From: Spirochaetaceae bacterium
GTDB taxonomy: Bacteria > Spirochaetota > Spirochaetia > DSM-27196 > SLAA01
DNA length: 64,000 nt
Assembly: GCA_003552985.1 (NCBI GenBank)
Contig: PUPD01000252.1
Location: 6,350 to 70,349, forward strand
Direction: 5' to 3'
Numbering within the stretch: the first letter of the stretch is position 1; every line of letters starts with the position of its first letter. The notes below the pieces were generated by a model that was not told where the DNA came from, made no database searches, and saw nothing but the letters and a program-made list of their open reading frames with translations. Below are positions 8,413 to 16,858 of this stretch, one piece after another. A program made the translations under genes and the position numbers.

Positions 8413-9485
8413 TGCCGGTCCCTTTCGATTAACATACTACGCAAATCACTCCATTGCGCGATTATGAGATCGGGCTGTACCGAGGCTCTCTCGAGTGAAT
8501 CTGCACGCAAACGGAGTGAACGAGCATCGCCGGCGAATAAGCCGGTTCGCATACCGAGCTGCTTCGCCGGGGTGATATCGTTGCGAATGTCGTTTCCGAT
8601 GTACAGCACGTCCTCCGCATCCACTCCGTAACCGGTACGCAAGCTTTCCAGCACCGGGAGGAACAGTTCCACACCCGGTTTCGCGACTCCGGCCCGGTAG
8701 GACCAGGCGCAGAGCTCATCAGCGAACCCCAACGCCTGAAGAGAGCTGCCCAACAGCGTCTCGAGCAGGATAGGAGTAAAGAACTGTGCGTTCGACACGA
8801 TTCCAAGCGGCAGCTTCATTTCCCGGGCGCGCTGAAGCAGCGCTCCGACACCGGGCATCGGCCACACGGGGTTAGCCTTCATTTCGTAGGTGATCGCAAG
8901 CTGCGTAATGAGAGCTTGCGAGGGAGCTTGCTCCAGCTTGCGAAACAGGTGAGCCGCCTCGTGAGCCGTCGCTGACCGACGTCTTCGCTTCGAGTCTTCT
9001 GAAGCAAGCGTCTCGAAAACCGATTGCCACACGGTCCGAATCTCGAGTTCGGGGTACGCGAGGCCGCGCTCGCGTAGGGCCTCGTGCGTTACGCGTATCT
9101 GTCTGAAGTACTCATCGCGCGCGCGGGACGCTATAGACATGAGACGTTCGTCCGAGACTCCAGGTGTACCGTTCCGGCCGTGGGGGGTCCCTTCATCTGC
9201 CAAAACCTCGGTAATCGTTTCAGCGAAGGCTACATCCGGCCCGCGTTGTACGGCTGTCCCCACGTCCCCTGAGGCGGATATCAGCAGCGTTCCGTACACG
9301 TCGAATAGGAGCGCCCGGGGCGTCGGTCCATCAATGCGCGATGCAATCGATGCGGGCTCCGGAGCTAGCTCGGTCGCGTACGAACGTATACAGTTGCATG
9401 CAATCGCACGCAGATCGGCGAAGTTTGCTTGAACCAGCGGATCGGTGTCGGCGCGCATGATACTGGTAATAGTAAAAGGAAACAC
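8409..9485 (-). CDS. HAD-superfamily hydrolase with a large cap insertion
   Basis: LLFDVYGTLL is motif I (DxYGTL variant), GIVSNAQ is motif II, and YIGNDIRNDITPAKQLGM is motif III/IV. Confidence 0.75.
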   Translation of the reverse strand: MFPFTITSIMRADTDPLVQANFADLRAIACNCIRSYATELAPEPASIASRIDGPTPRALLFDVYGTLLISASGDVGTAVQRGPDVAFAETITEVLADEGTPHGRNGTPGVSDERLMSIASRARDEYFRQIRVTHEALRERGLAYPELEIRTVWQSVFETLASEDSKRRRRSATAHEAAHLFRKLEQAPSQALITQLAITYEMKANPVWPMPGVGALLQRAREMKLPLGIVSNAQFFTPILLETLLGSSLQALGFADELCAWSYRAGVAKPGVELFLPVLESLRTGYGVDAEDVLYIGNDIRNDITPAKQLGMRTGLFAGDARSLRLRADSLERASVQPDLIIAQWSDLRSMLIERDRQ

Positions 9486-9587
9486 GGCTCAAATGCAAGC
9501 TGAGCTTCAGGCTATAGGTGCGATCGGTAGTTAGGTTCGACGGCATAGTGCAGAGGACGCGTATTGTGTGATACCATCGAGGTAGCG

Positions 9588-9947
9588 ATGCGAAGACGAC
9601 GACCACGATCTCGGCATTTTCGACGGGAGCTTGCGGCGCTGGTCCGGCACTTGCACAGTGCCAGCGTGTTTCTGTTTTCCAATGTTCTGATCGGAACGGC
9701 GCTCTATGGAATCGGAAACTTTCAACAGTTCCTCGACAGTACCCAGTACCTGCTGCTTGTGCTCGTGCAGTATCTTGCAATCGGCGCGGCGGTGATCACC
9801 GTCGTGTACTTTGTTTTCGGACTGTTTGAAATGGTCGTGTGGCGACGCTTCCGAGTTAGGTACGTTGTATATGCGGTGTTGATAACCGGTATTTCGAGTA
9901 TACTGGCCGTAGCCGGTGGAACCTTAACCACGATAGCGGTCTATTAG
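9588..9947 (+). CDS. Small integral membrane protein (3 predicted TM helices), hypothetical
   Basis: It contains hydrophobic segments VFLFSNVLIGTALYGI, LLLVLVQYLAIGAAVITVVYFVFGLF and VVYAVLITGISSILAVAGG. ATG 9588 has a GAGG SD, and the ORF track starts at 9564. Confidence 0.5.
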   Translation: MRRRRPRSRHFRRELAALVRHLHSASVFLFSNVLIGTALYGIGNFQQFLDSTQYLLLVLVQYLAIGAAVITVVYFVFGLFEMVVWRRFRVRYVVYAVLITGISSILAVAGGTLTTIAVY

Positions 9948-10026
9948 CGGCGAAGGGTAGAGTGGCCGGCAGCCTACCTTTGAACCGGGCTGACAGGGAT
10001 GTGCATCGGCAGCAGGTGAGGCAGGA

Positions 10027-10881
10027 ATGAACGCAGACTATGTCAACGCAGCCGAAGCCGCGCAGCGCCGGTCGGAACCGGACCAGGTACCGAGCCGGGA
10101 ATCGGAGCCGCGCCTGAAGACGGCTGCCGAGATCACTCGGATGCGAGTAGCTGCCCGCCGGCTGGCGTCGGTGCTTCAGACACTTGCCCGTACAGTACGG
10201 CCCGGCCTCACCACTGCCGAGCTCGCCGTAGCCGCCTATGCCTCGCTAACCGACGCCGACCTGCACCCAGTCCAGCGCGGGTACCGTGGGTTTCCGGCCG
10301 ATGTGGCGATATCGGTGAACGAGATCGCGGCCCACGGCGTGCCGGGCCGGCGGATCCTACAGACCGGGGATGTGGTAACCGTGGATCTTGCGGTGGACTA
10401 CTGCGGCTGGAAGGCCGACGCGGCGTGGACCTACTCGGTAGGCGACGGCACGCCGGCCGGGCTGCGTCTGTTACGAGCCGCGTATGAAGCAACCAGAGCC
10501 GGTATTGCGGCGGCCAGGGCCGGAGCCCGGCTGGGTGATATCGGGGTCGCGGTGGAGTGCGCAGCGCAGGAGCGGGGTTGCCGCGTTGTCAGCAGCCTCT
10601 GCGGACACGGAATCGGGCGTTACCTGCATGAGCCGCCCAGAGTGATGCAGGTGAGCAGTCCGTTCAACGAAAAGAGAATCGTGCCTGGAATGGTTTTAAG
10701 CATTGAACCGGTGGTAGTGCTAGACATGGCGGATGTATCGGTGGTTCGCTCTGCCGATACCCATGGATTACAGACGAGCGACGGCCGACCCTGCGCGCAG
10801 TTCGAGCACACCGTCGCTGTGTTCGCCGACCACTCCGAGGTGCTTACCGTGCCCGTGCCCGTGCCGCGGCGTCGGCGGTGA
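10027..10881 (+). CDS. map: Methionine aminopeptidase type I
   Basis: AHGVPGRRILQTGDVVTVDLAVDYCGWKADAAWTY, GHGIGRYLHEPP, LSIEP and QFEHTV carry the metal-ligand motifs. There is a ~35-aa N-terminal extension. Confidence 0.9.
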   Translation: MNADYVNAAEAAQRRSEPDQVPSRESEPRLKTAAEITRMRVAARRLASVLQTLARTVRPGLTTAELAVAAYASLTDADLHPVQRGYRGFPADVAISVNEIAAHGVPGRRILQTGDVVTVDLAVDYCGWKADAAWTYSVGDGTPAGLRLLRAAYEATRAGIAAARAGARLGDIGVAVECAAQERGCRVVSSLCGHGIGRYLHEPPRVMQVSSPFNEKRIVPGMVLSIEPVVVLDMADVSVVRSADTHGLQTSDGRPCAQFEHTVAVFADHSEVLTVPVPVPRRRR

Positions 10882-10931
10882 TCAGCTCGGCCTGCGGCAC
10901 GAGCCGCTCGCTCACCCCCCTTAAACGGCGC

Positions 10932-10961
10932 TTGACAGAGCAATAGGCTCCGGATTAGCCT
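10932..10961 (+). promoter_or_regulatory. Candidate promoter of tRNA-Thr (TTGACA-18 nt-TAGCCT)
   Basis: TTGACA lies at 10932-10937 and the weak -10 TAGCCT at 10956-10961, about 17 nt before the tRNA 5' end. Confidence 0.3.
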
Positions 10962-10978
10962 ACTCGTGATCAACACAG

Positions 10979-11051
10979 GCCATCTTAGCTCAGCTGGCAG
11001 AGCACGTGACTTGTAATCTCGGGGTCGGGGGTTCGAGTCCCCCAGATGGCT
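10979..11051 (+). tRNA. tRNA-Thr (anticodon UGU)
   Basis: Hand-folded cloverleaf. The acceptor is GCCATCT/AGATGGC, the D arm GCTC..GAGC, the anticodon loop CTTGTAA, and the T arm GGGGG-TTCGAGT-CCCCC. The discriminator is T and no CCA is encoded. There is one U-U mismatch in the anticodon stem. Confidence 0.88.
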
Positions 11052-11081
11052 TTACTCAGCGTTTGGCTTTACTCAGCGTTC
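11048..11081 (+). repeat. Tandem 17-nt duplication that includes the last 4 nt of tRNA-Thr
   Basis: ggctttactcagcgttt (11048-11064) is followed by ggctttactcagcgttc (11065-11081). The pair fills the gap between the tRNA and the stop of the CotH gene (11084). Confidence 0.9.
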
Positions 11082-11083
11082 GG

Positions 11084-13870
11084 TTACTGCAGACGAACCT
11101 CAACAGCGCCGGTCGGAACGAAGCTCAGGTGGTCCTCGCTGCGTTCCAGTATCCTGACATGCTCGCTGGGGCCGATCTGCGCTCCATCGAGACCGCCCTG
11201 TTCCGAAGTTATCTGCACAGGCACTCCGGCGAACAACTGGCCTTCCCAGCGGCTGTCGGTGATCTCTACCCCGGGGGTGGAGCTCGTAAGCGGCAGTGAG
11301 TTGATACGATAGCCGTCGCCGGCTATCCCGACGAGGGTTACGGCGGCATTGCCCTCAATCTCGTCGAACTCGGCCATCAGGTGATCGCGAACGATATCCG
11401 GTCTGAGGCGTGCGGCTTCGTACATCTCCTCGACGTACTGGTACCACTCATCCATCGATTCGGGCTGTCCCCAGCGGGCGATATGGTGCGGAGCTTCGTC
11501 CTCAACTCGCGCGATTGTCTCATCCAGCACCTGTTTTACTCGATCGACCTTGAACGTGGTTTCGAGATGGAGAGCGAAACGGCCGAGGAGATCAAGCCTG
11601 ATTTCATCGATAGCGATCAGAGCTTGTATGAACTCGAATGGCTGTTCGTGGCCGTCGCGGCCGTCCTGCATGAAATACGGATGCGGCTCTTGGGCGTCAC
11701 CAAACACCCAATCGACCGCGTTGAACTGCAGAGTGTAGCTGTGTCCGAATGAGCGTGTCATATCGTGCATCAGCCAGCGCCAGCGGCCATCCCTGGGACC
11801 CTCCTCCTCAGAGGTATCGGCTCCGGTGTAGCGCCAGTAGCGCATGTTGTTCATCGGCCAGTCATAGTTGCCGGCGTACACCTGGGCGATAAGGTATTCG
11901 AGGAAGCTCTCGATCACCATATACTCCTCTACCTCTGTTCGAGTGGATACTTCGCCGGCAACAAGGCGACGGCGGAACTCTTGGAACACATGCTCGTCTC
12001 CCGGCGTACCGGTATGAAGCAACTCCTGGTTCTCGCCGCCGGGGCCGTCATGCTCCACGATCGCCACTTCATCGCGAGGCACCCCGTAGTGTGTCTCCAG
12101 GAAGTGGTGATCATGACGGTCACGCATGTTGTGGATTCCCCAGTATTCACCGTTGAGAAATAGGACCACCGGTCGATAGTGTTGTGTATCGAACTCGAGG
12201 TGCTGTACCAAGGTTTGCATCACCGGATCTGACAGCATGGTTCGAATCCAGTCGTTACTGCCGTTACGCAGCAGCAGCCGGTTGAAGTCATCGATATCTT
12301 TGCTTTCGAAAAAGCGGTGATTGAGCCGGCTGGTGCCGTAATCGCTTCGTGAGTAGAGCCGGAGTGTCTTTTGCGGCAGGGCGCGCGAGAACCCGCCGTG
12401 GATGCGCAGGCCAAGATCCTGTCGCATGACCCGCGACCCGTCTTCAAAGAGCTCCATATGCGCCTCGCGTTCCCACTCGCGTCCGCGCTGGCGGTAATTG
12501 CCGGCGGGAGCCTCTCCAAATACGTAGATGCCGCGCTCGGCGCAGAACAGATTGGCGCGGTTGGTAGCTATGCTGAAGATGGGAAGCTGAATCGGCTCAT
12601 CGAGCGATGGTAGCTCGGACGACGATAAATCGGGTGAGGGGAGAAAGGTCTTGGTGTGGTAACTCGAGCGCGTGTCCTCCGAGACTGCCACCGCGCGTAC
12701 GATCGCGGCCTTCTGGAGTTTGTGCTCAGGTCGGCGCCATGCCCACTCGCCCTCCGCCTCGCTGGTGTTAATAGAGGCGATGTCGTTTTCACGCCGAAGC
12801 TCTTCGGCGAGATCGATCGGATCGTCGTATCGAAAGGTTCTGCGGCGTGTTTCGCGCGGCTCACCCTCCCACTCAGCATCGCTAATCACGTACTGCGGGT
12901 CGGGGCGAGACCCGTCGAGCGTGTAGTAGATTTCCGCACCGTCAATCGTGCTTGAGAGCCCCAGCAGCAAGGAATCGTCGCTGAGAAGGCCCGGGTGACG
13001 GTCGAAGCGCAGCGCCGCCGGTGGCTGCGTTGCACCCTTGTCGCCGGAGCGACGGGACCAGTCGGCGCTCTCGTCCTCAAAGATCGGCTTCACCTCGATG
13101 TTATTGATCGCAAGCGCACTGCGATGACTCCCGTCGCGAATTCGATCGTTGGAGTACTGCCACCGCAGGTAGCCGGTGTCGCCGGGCCTGAGCTCGTGGT
13201 AAGGCTCAAAGCCCTGACTCGGATCGCCGGTCAGCTCCGATAGCGCGAAGCTGACGCGCACCGTGGTGCGATTCTCCTCCCTGGACCCGTCGAGAACCGT
13301 GCCGACCTCATCTTCGCTGGCGGCCGCGCCGGAAGGATTAGTGGTGGAGACGATACTGTCGACCGCGCTAAAGCCGCTGGTGTCGGTATGGTACTTTAGA
13401 CGAATGCGATTGTCGCGCTCACCCTTCATCCAAGCTTCGACCTCGTACGACACGGTGAAGCCGACGATTGTACGATCAGTCCTGTTCTGGTACTCGAGAA
13501 ACAGCCGTGCATTGCGCAGGTCCGGTTCGCCCCGTTCACGGATGCCGAATGAGTATTGCTCGCGGTTAACCGTAAATGCTCCGAAACCGTTGAACTCGTC
13601 CTCTCGCTCGGGAATGTGGGCCCCGGTGAAGGGATAGAACGCGTCGCTGATCGCGCGTCCGTCTCCGTCCTCACCGGTGACGAACATGTTCTCCGGCAGG
13701 CTCGCACGGCTGCCGCGATAGTCATTGAACTCGGCACGAAAGGTACCGAGTTCCTGATCGCCCGGCGTGCATGCCGACAGCGGCGACAGAAAAAGAAGCA
13801 GGACCCACGGGAGGATCGCCACAGCGAGGGGGTAACAAACCGGTGCGCGACCCGAACTAGCTCTCATCAT
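11084..13870 (-). CDS. CotH-family (atypical kinase fold) lipoprotein with an N-terminal beta-rich domain and a chitobiase/Fn3-like module
   Basis: The signal and lipobox read [25 protein letters not shown] is the chitobiase-C-type module. CotH-like core blocks are present: LPIFSIATN...[10 protein letters not shown]...[19 protein letters not shown]...LLLRNGSND...[19 protein letters not shown]. The likely start is ATG 13870 (MMRASS), overlapping the upstream stop as ATGA. Confidence 0.75.
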   Translation of the reverse strand: MMRASSGRAPVCYPLAVAILPWVLLLFLSPLSACTPGDQELGTFRAEFNDYRGSRASLPENMFVTGEDGDGRAISDAFYPFTGAHIPEREDEFNGFGAFTVNREQYSFGIRERGEPDLRNARLFLEYQNRTDRTIVGFTVSYEVEAWMKGERDNRIRLKYHTDTSGFSAVDSIVSTTNPSGAAASEDEVGTVLDGSREENRTTVRVSFALSELTGDPSQGFEPYHELRPGDTGYLRWQYSNDRIRDGSHRSALAINNIEVKPIFEDESADWSRRSGDKGATQPPAALRFDRHPGLLSDDSLLLGLSSTIDGAEIYYTLDGSRPDPQYVISDAEWEGEPRETRRRTFRYDDPIDLAEELRRENDIASINTSEAEGEWAWRRPEHKLQKAAIVRAVAVSEDTRSSYHTKTFLPSPDLSSSELPSLDEPIQLPIFSIATNRANLFCAERGIYVFGEAPAGNYRQRGREWEREAHMELFEDGSRVMRQDLGLRIHGGFSRALPQKTLRLYSRSDYGTSRLNHRFFESKDIDDFNRLLLRNGSNDWIRTMLSDPVMQTLVQHLEFDTQHYRPVVLFLNGEYWGIHNMRDRHDHHFLETHYGVPRDEVAIVEHDGPGGENQELLHTGTPGDEHVFQEFRRRLVAGEVSTRTEVEEYMVIESFLEYLIAQVYAGNYDWPMNNMRYWRYTGADTSEEEGPRDGRWRWLMHDMTRSFGHSYTLQFNAVDWVFGDAQEPHPYFMQDGRDGHEQPFEFIQALIAIDEIRLDLLGRFALHLETTFKVDRVKQVLDETIARVEDEAPHHIARWGQPESMDEWYQYVEEMYEAARLRPDIVRDHLMAEFDEIEGNAAVTLVGIAGDGYRINSLPLTSSTPGVEITDSRWEGQLFAGVPVQITSEQGGLDGAQIGPSEHVRILERSEDHLSFVPTGAVEVRLQ

Positions 13871-14301
13871 TCTCCGATTATCTTCACTAATGCACGCTTG
13901 CGGCGCCGCCCGTCGAACTCGGCGTAATAGATTTGCTCCCACGGTCCGAAATCAAGCTTCCCATCCGTGATTGCGACCACGACTTCGCGGCCCATCACTT
14001 GACGTTTCATGTGCGCGTCGGCGTTGTCTTCTCCAGTGCGGTTGTGATAGTAACCGCCGCTGCCGGGGTCTGAGGACGGGTTGAAAGGAGCCAGCCGTTC
14101 CAGCCAGTTGTCGTAATCCTGTATGAGGCCGCTTTCGGCATCATTGATATAGACGCTTGCGGTGATGTGCATGGCGTTGACCAGCACCAGCCCTTCACGC
14201 ACGCCGCTTTCCTTCACCGCTTGCTCGACTTCGTGGGTGATGTTGATGTACTCACGACGATCTTTGGTGTTGAACCATAACTCTCTGCGATGACTCTTCA
14301 C
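13867..14301 (-). CDS. YjbQ/UPF0047 family protein (secondary thiamine-phosphate synthase-like)
   Basis: [11 protein letters not shown]...[24 protein letters not shown]...WLERLAP...YYHN...[43 protein letters not shown] is the typical family pattern. GTG 14301 lies 7 nt after a GGAGG. Confidence 0.8.
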   Translation of the reverse strand: MKSHRRELWFNTKDRREYINITHEVEQAVKESGVREGLVLVNAMHITASVYINDAESGLIQDYDNWLERLAPFNPSSDPGSGGYYHNRTGEDNADAHMKRQVMGREVVVAITDGKLDFGPWEQIYYAEFDGRRRKRALVKIIGE

Positions 14302-14414
14302 GTGTCGCCTCCAACTGCGTAGTAGACAGCTAGTGTACACGATGAGAGGCGTTCCGTGTAGACTTGGGGAACTAAAGAGAGGGCGATCTCCTACGGTCAG
14401 CTGCCTCCGACCAG

Positions 14415-14843
14415 CTACACGGCCAGCGGTGAGGAAGACCCCTCGATTTCGGCCGGGGTATCGAGAATGTCCTGCAGGGTAAGCCGTGCGAAGTAGTCGT
14501 TGATATGGTTAGTTATCTTTTGCCAAGTGGGGCGCATATGGCAAACTTCGCGGCGTTCACAGGTCTCACACGGCGTTAGTGAAAGCCCTTCGCCCACCGC
14601 GTCGAAGATGGCTTTGGCGGTGATCTCGCTCGGGTGCAGGTTCAGACGGAAGCCGCCGCCCGGACCGCGTACCGAGCTTATGATACCCGCCTGTTTGATG
14701 CGGACGAAGAGTTGCTCCAGAAGCTCCGGCGAGATCTCTTCCTCGGCCGCGATTTTCTTAATGGGTACCGGCCGGTCGCTATTGATCATAGCGAGTTTCG
14801 TGAGCGCTCTCAGGGCATACCGTCCCTTGGTCGTGACTCTCAT
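14415..14843 (-). CDS. Rrf2-family transcriptional regulator with a Cys cluster (Fe-S/redox-sensing type)
   Basis: [18 protein letters not shown]... is the w[15 protein letters not shown] supplies three cysteines in the position of IscR/NsrR cluster ligands. Confidence 0.88.
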   Translation of the reverse strand: MRVTTKGRYALRALTKLAMINSDRPVPIKKIAAEEEISPELLEQLFVRIKQAGIISSVRGPGGGFRLNLHPSEITAKAIFDAVGEGLSLTPCETCERREVCHMRPTWQKITNHINDYFARLTLQDILDTPAEIEGSSSPLAV

Positions 14844-14859
14844 CGGATCATCTCCGTGA

Positions 14860-14927
14860 ACTCAAGAAACTTTGAGTAGTTTAGTTAGCTTACTGCAAGA
14901 CTACTCGATGAGTCCGCACACTGTCAA
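14860..14927 (-). promoter_or_regulatory. Rrf2 gene promoter with palindromes (candidate auto-operator)
   Basis: The minus strand carries TTGACA (14927-14922), an 18-nt spacer and TAGTCT (14903-14898). The inverted repeat GAGTAGT/ACTACTC (14874-14880 / 14900-14906) overlaps the -10. The palindrome ACTCAA-N6-TTGAGT (14860-14877) lies in the leader. Confidence 0.35.
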
Positions 14928-14951
14928 CTCAAACCGGTATCGCTTATGCTC

Positions 14952-14980
14952 TTGACGGAGATCTGCCGGTTTGGTATGGT
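14952..14980 (+). promoter_or_regulatory. Promoter of tRNA-Tyr (TTGACG-17 nt-TATGGT)
   Basis: TTGACG lies at 14952-14957 and TATGGT at 14975-14980, about 28 nt before the tRNA 5' end. Confidence 0.5.
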
Positions 14981-15008
14981 AGGCCACGATCACGACAGAT
15001 CAAGGACT

Positions 15009-15091
15009 GGGGAGTTTCCCGAGCGGCCAAAGGGGGCAGACTGTAAATCTGTTGGCTTTCGCCTTCGTAGGTTCGAATCCTACACTCCCCA
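15009..15091 (+). tRNA. tRNA-Tyr (anticodon GUA), long variable arm
   Basis: The acceptor is GGGGAGT/ACTCCCC, the anticodon loop CTGTAAA and the T arm GTAGG-TTCGAAT-CCTAC. A type-II variable arm is present, the discriminator is A, and no CCA is encoded. Confidence 0.9.
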
Positions 15092-15105
15092 TCGCACCGA
15101 TCAGC

Positions 15106-15144
15106 GCTGCGTGCTTAGCGAAACTGAGCCGCAGCTTTTTTTTT
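15106..15144 (+). terminator. Rho-independent terminator after tRNA-Tyr
   Basis: A 12-bp interrupted stem (gctgcg-t-gcttag / ctgagc-cgcagc) with a cgaaa loop is followed by T9. Confidence 0.8.
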
Positions 15145-15148
15145 CTCT

Positions 15149-15177
15149 GTTAACCGCTAGATATAGTGTGCTATAAT
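15149..15177 (+). promoter_or_regulatory. Extended -10 promoter (TGcTATAAT) for the ykgJ-like gene array
   Basis: TGCTATAAT lies at 15169-15177. It overlaps the ORF-track ATG at 15176, which argues for ATG 15194 as the true start behind a very short leader. Confidence 0.4.
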
Positions 15178-15193
15178 GCGCGACCAGCAAAAA

Positions 15194-15643
15194 ATGGGAA
15201 CTGAATTTTACGAAAGTGGCCTGCGGTTCAGCTGTACGCAATGCTCAGCGTGTTGCCGTTACGACAGCGGTTACGTGTTTCTCTCCCCGAGTGACCTCTG
15301 GCGCATAGCGCAGGCCCTGGACCTCCCGGAGCATGAGGTTGTAACCCGGTACTGCCTCAGCGTACATGGGCCGGACGGCCCGCGAATCAGCCTCCGCGAA
15401 CAGAGTAACAAAGACTGCATTATGTGGCGCAACGGCGGCTGCTCCATCTATGCAGCTCGCCCCACGCAGTGCCGCACCTTTCCGTTTTGGCCGCAGATAG
15501 TGGAGTCTAAACTCACGTGGGAACAGGCCGCCAAGGACTGTCCCGGGATCAACTGCGGTACGCTCCATAGCGCCGTGGACATAACGAAACTGCTCAAGCA
15601 GCATCAGGCAAACCGTGAAGAGGAGCGCAAGGGATGTGGGTGA
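15194..15643 (+). CDS. YkgJ-family cysteine-cluster (CxxCxxCC) protein
   Basis: CTQCSACCRYDSGYVFLS plus the downstream cysteines C...C(SIY)...C form the UPF0153/YkgJ signature. Confidence 0.75.
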   Translation: MGTEFYESGLRFSCTQCSACCRYDSGYVFLSPSDLWRIAQALDLPEHEVVTRYCLSVHGPDGPRISLREQSNKDCIMWRNGGCSIYAARPTQCRTFPFWPQIVESKLTWEQAAKDCPGINCGTLHSAVDITKLLKQHQANREEERKGCG

Positions 15644-16578
15644 AGTTCTGGGGTAGCCGCGGCTCGCATCCGCGGCCGCTTACTACTGACGAGTTTCGGG
15701 CCAAGATTTCGAGCATCATCCAGAGAGCACGTCCGGAGGACCTGGAGAGCCCGGAGGCCCGTGAGCGGTTTATGGCGCGGTTGCCGAACTGGCTTTTCCG
15801 TCCCCTGGGGGGCAATACCACCTGCATCGAGGTGCGGCTCTCCGACGGCACGGTGGCGATATTCGATGCGGGAACCGGCATTATCGAGCTCGCAAACGAT
15901 CGAAAACGACGCGCCGTCCATGACCGCGAGTACCATCTGTTCCTTACTCATTTTCACTACGATCATATTCAAGGATTTCCGTTCTTTGCCCCTGCCTATA
16001 GTCCTGATGTCCGCCTGGAGTTGTATCACCCCAAAGAAGGGCTCGAGCATATCATGAAGGAGCATATGCAACCGCCTTACTTTCCAATCACGATCGAGGA
16101 GCACATGGCGGCCGGGATGCGCTTCAACCGCCTCGGTGAAGCCCCGCTACAGCTCGGGGCGGCGCAGATCACCTGGCGGAAGATGCGGCACCCCGGCGAC
16201 TCTTTCGCCTACAGGATCAGCGAGCAGGGTCGCAGTCTTGTCTACGCGACCGATTGCGAGCTATCGCCGAAGGATTTCGAGCGTGAGCGTGAAAACGAGA
16301 ATTTTTTCGCCGGGGCGGATATACTCATACTGGACGCTCAATACACGCTGAACGAGGCAATCGAGAAACATGACTGGGGGCATTCATCGTTCAGTTTGGG
16401 GGTGGATTTCGCCTTGAGCTGGAACATCGGCACGTTGTATCTCTTCCACCACGAGCCGCAGTATAGCGACAAGCAGTTGTATCAGAATCTGACGGCGGCA
16501 AGATACTACGCGCAGACCATTAGCTCTGCGAAGCTCGCGGTCCATCTTGCTGAAGAAGGGACGGAGTTCACACTATAG
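15634..16578 (+). CDS. MBL-fold metallo-hydrolase
   Basis: LFLTHFHYDHIQG is the HxHxDH motif, preceded by GGNTTCIEV and FDAGTG. A distal histidine lies in KHDWGHSS. It overlaps the upstream gene by 10 nt. Confidence 0.8.
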   Translation: MWVKFWGSRGSHPRPLTTDEFRAKISSIIQRARPEDLESPEARERFMARLPNWLFRPLGGNTTCIEVRLSDGTVAIFDAGTGIIELANDRKRRAVHDREYHLFLTHFHYDHIQGFPFFAPAYSPDVRLELYHPKEGLEHIMKEHMQPPYFPITIEEHMAAGMRFNRLGEAPLQLGAAQITWRKMRHPGDSFAYRISEQGRSLVYATDCELSPKDFERERENENFFAGADILILDAQYTLNEAIEKHDWGHSSFSLGVDFALSWNIGTLYLFHHEPQYSDKQLYQNLTAARYYAQTISSAKLAVHLAEEGTEFTL

Positions 16579-16586
16579 CACAGCGC

Positions 16587-16841
16587 ATGACGGACGGGAC
16601 CGGTCAATCGGCCGAGCTACGTATACAGGGCGATACGCTCATTGCACTGTACTTGCACCTCAGCGAGTCTGAGCGGGAGCTGCCGCACGAGCTGCAGTTG
16701 CTCACCGACCAACTCGAGCGGGTGCTCTATGATCACCTTTCCATCGAACAGATGGAGAATCTCAACCGGCTATACGCCGCTGGAAAACCAATTTTAGGAC
16801 GAGGTTCCGAGCCTCCGCGCCGAGACGGGCGCGAAAGCTGA
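16587..16841 (+). CDS. Small hypothetical protein (84 aa)
   Basis: ORF in a tight co-directional array (8-nt and 17-nt gaps) with helical, acidic composition. No motif was recognised. Confidence 0.45.
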   Translation: MTDGTGQSAELRIQGDTLIALYLHLSESERELPHELQLLTDQLERVLYDHLSIEQMENLNRLYAAGKPILGRGSEPPRRDGRES

Positions 16842-16858
16842 CGAACCGGGAGCGCGGA

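Noticed and set aside
11006-11312. ORFs 11006-11299 and 11046-11312 (plus strand), and 14946-15176
   Set aside because: They start inside or run across tRNA-Thr or tRNA-Tyr and are antisense to the CotH gene. They are artefacts.
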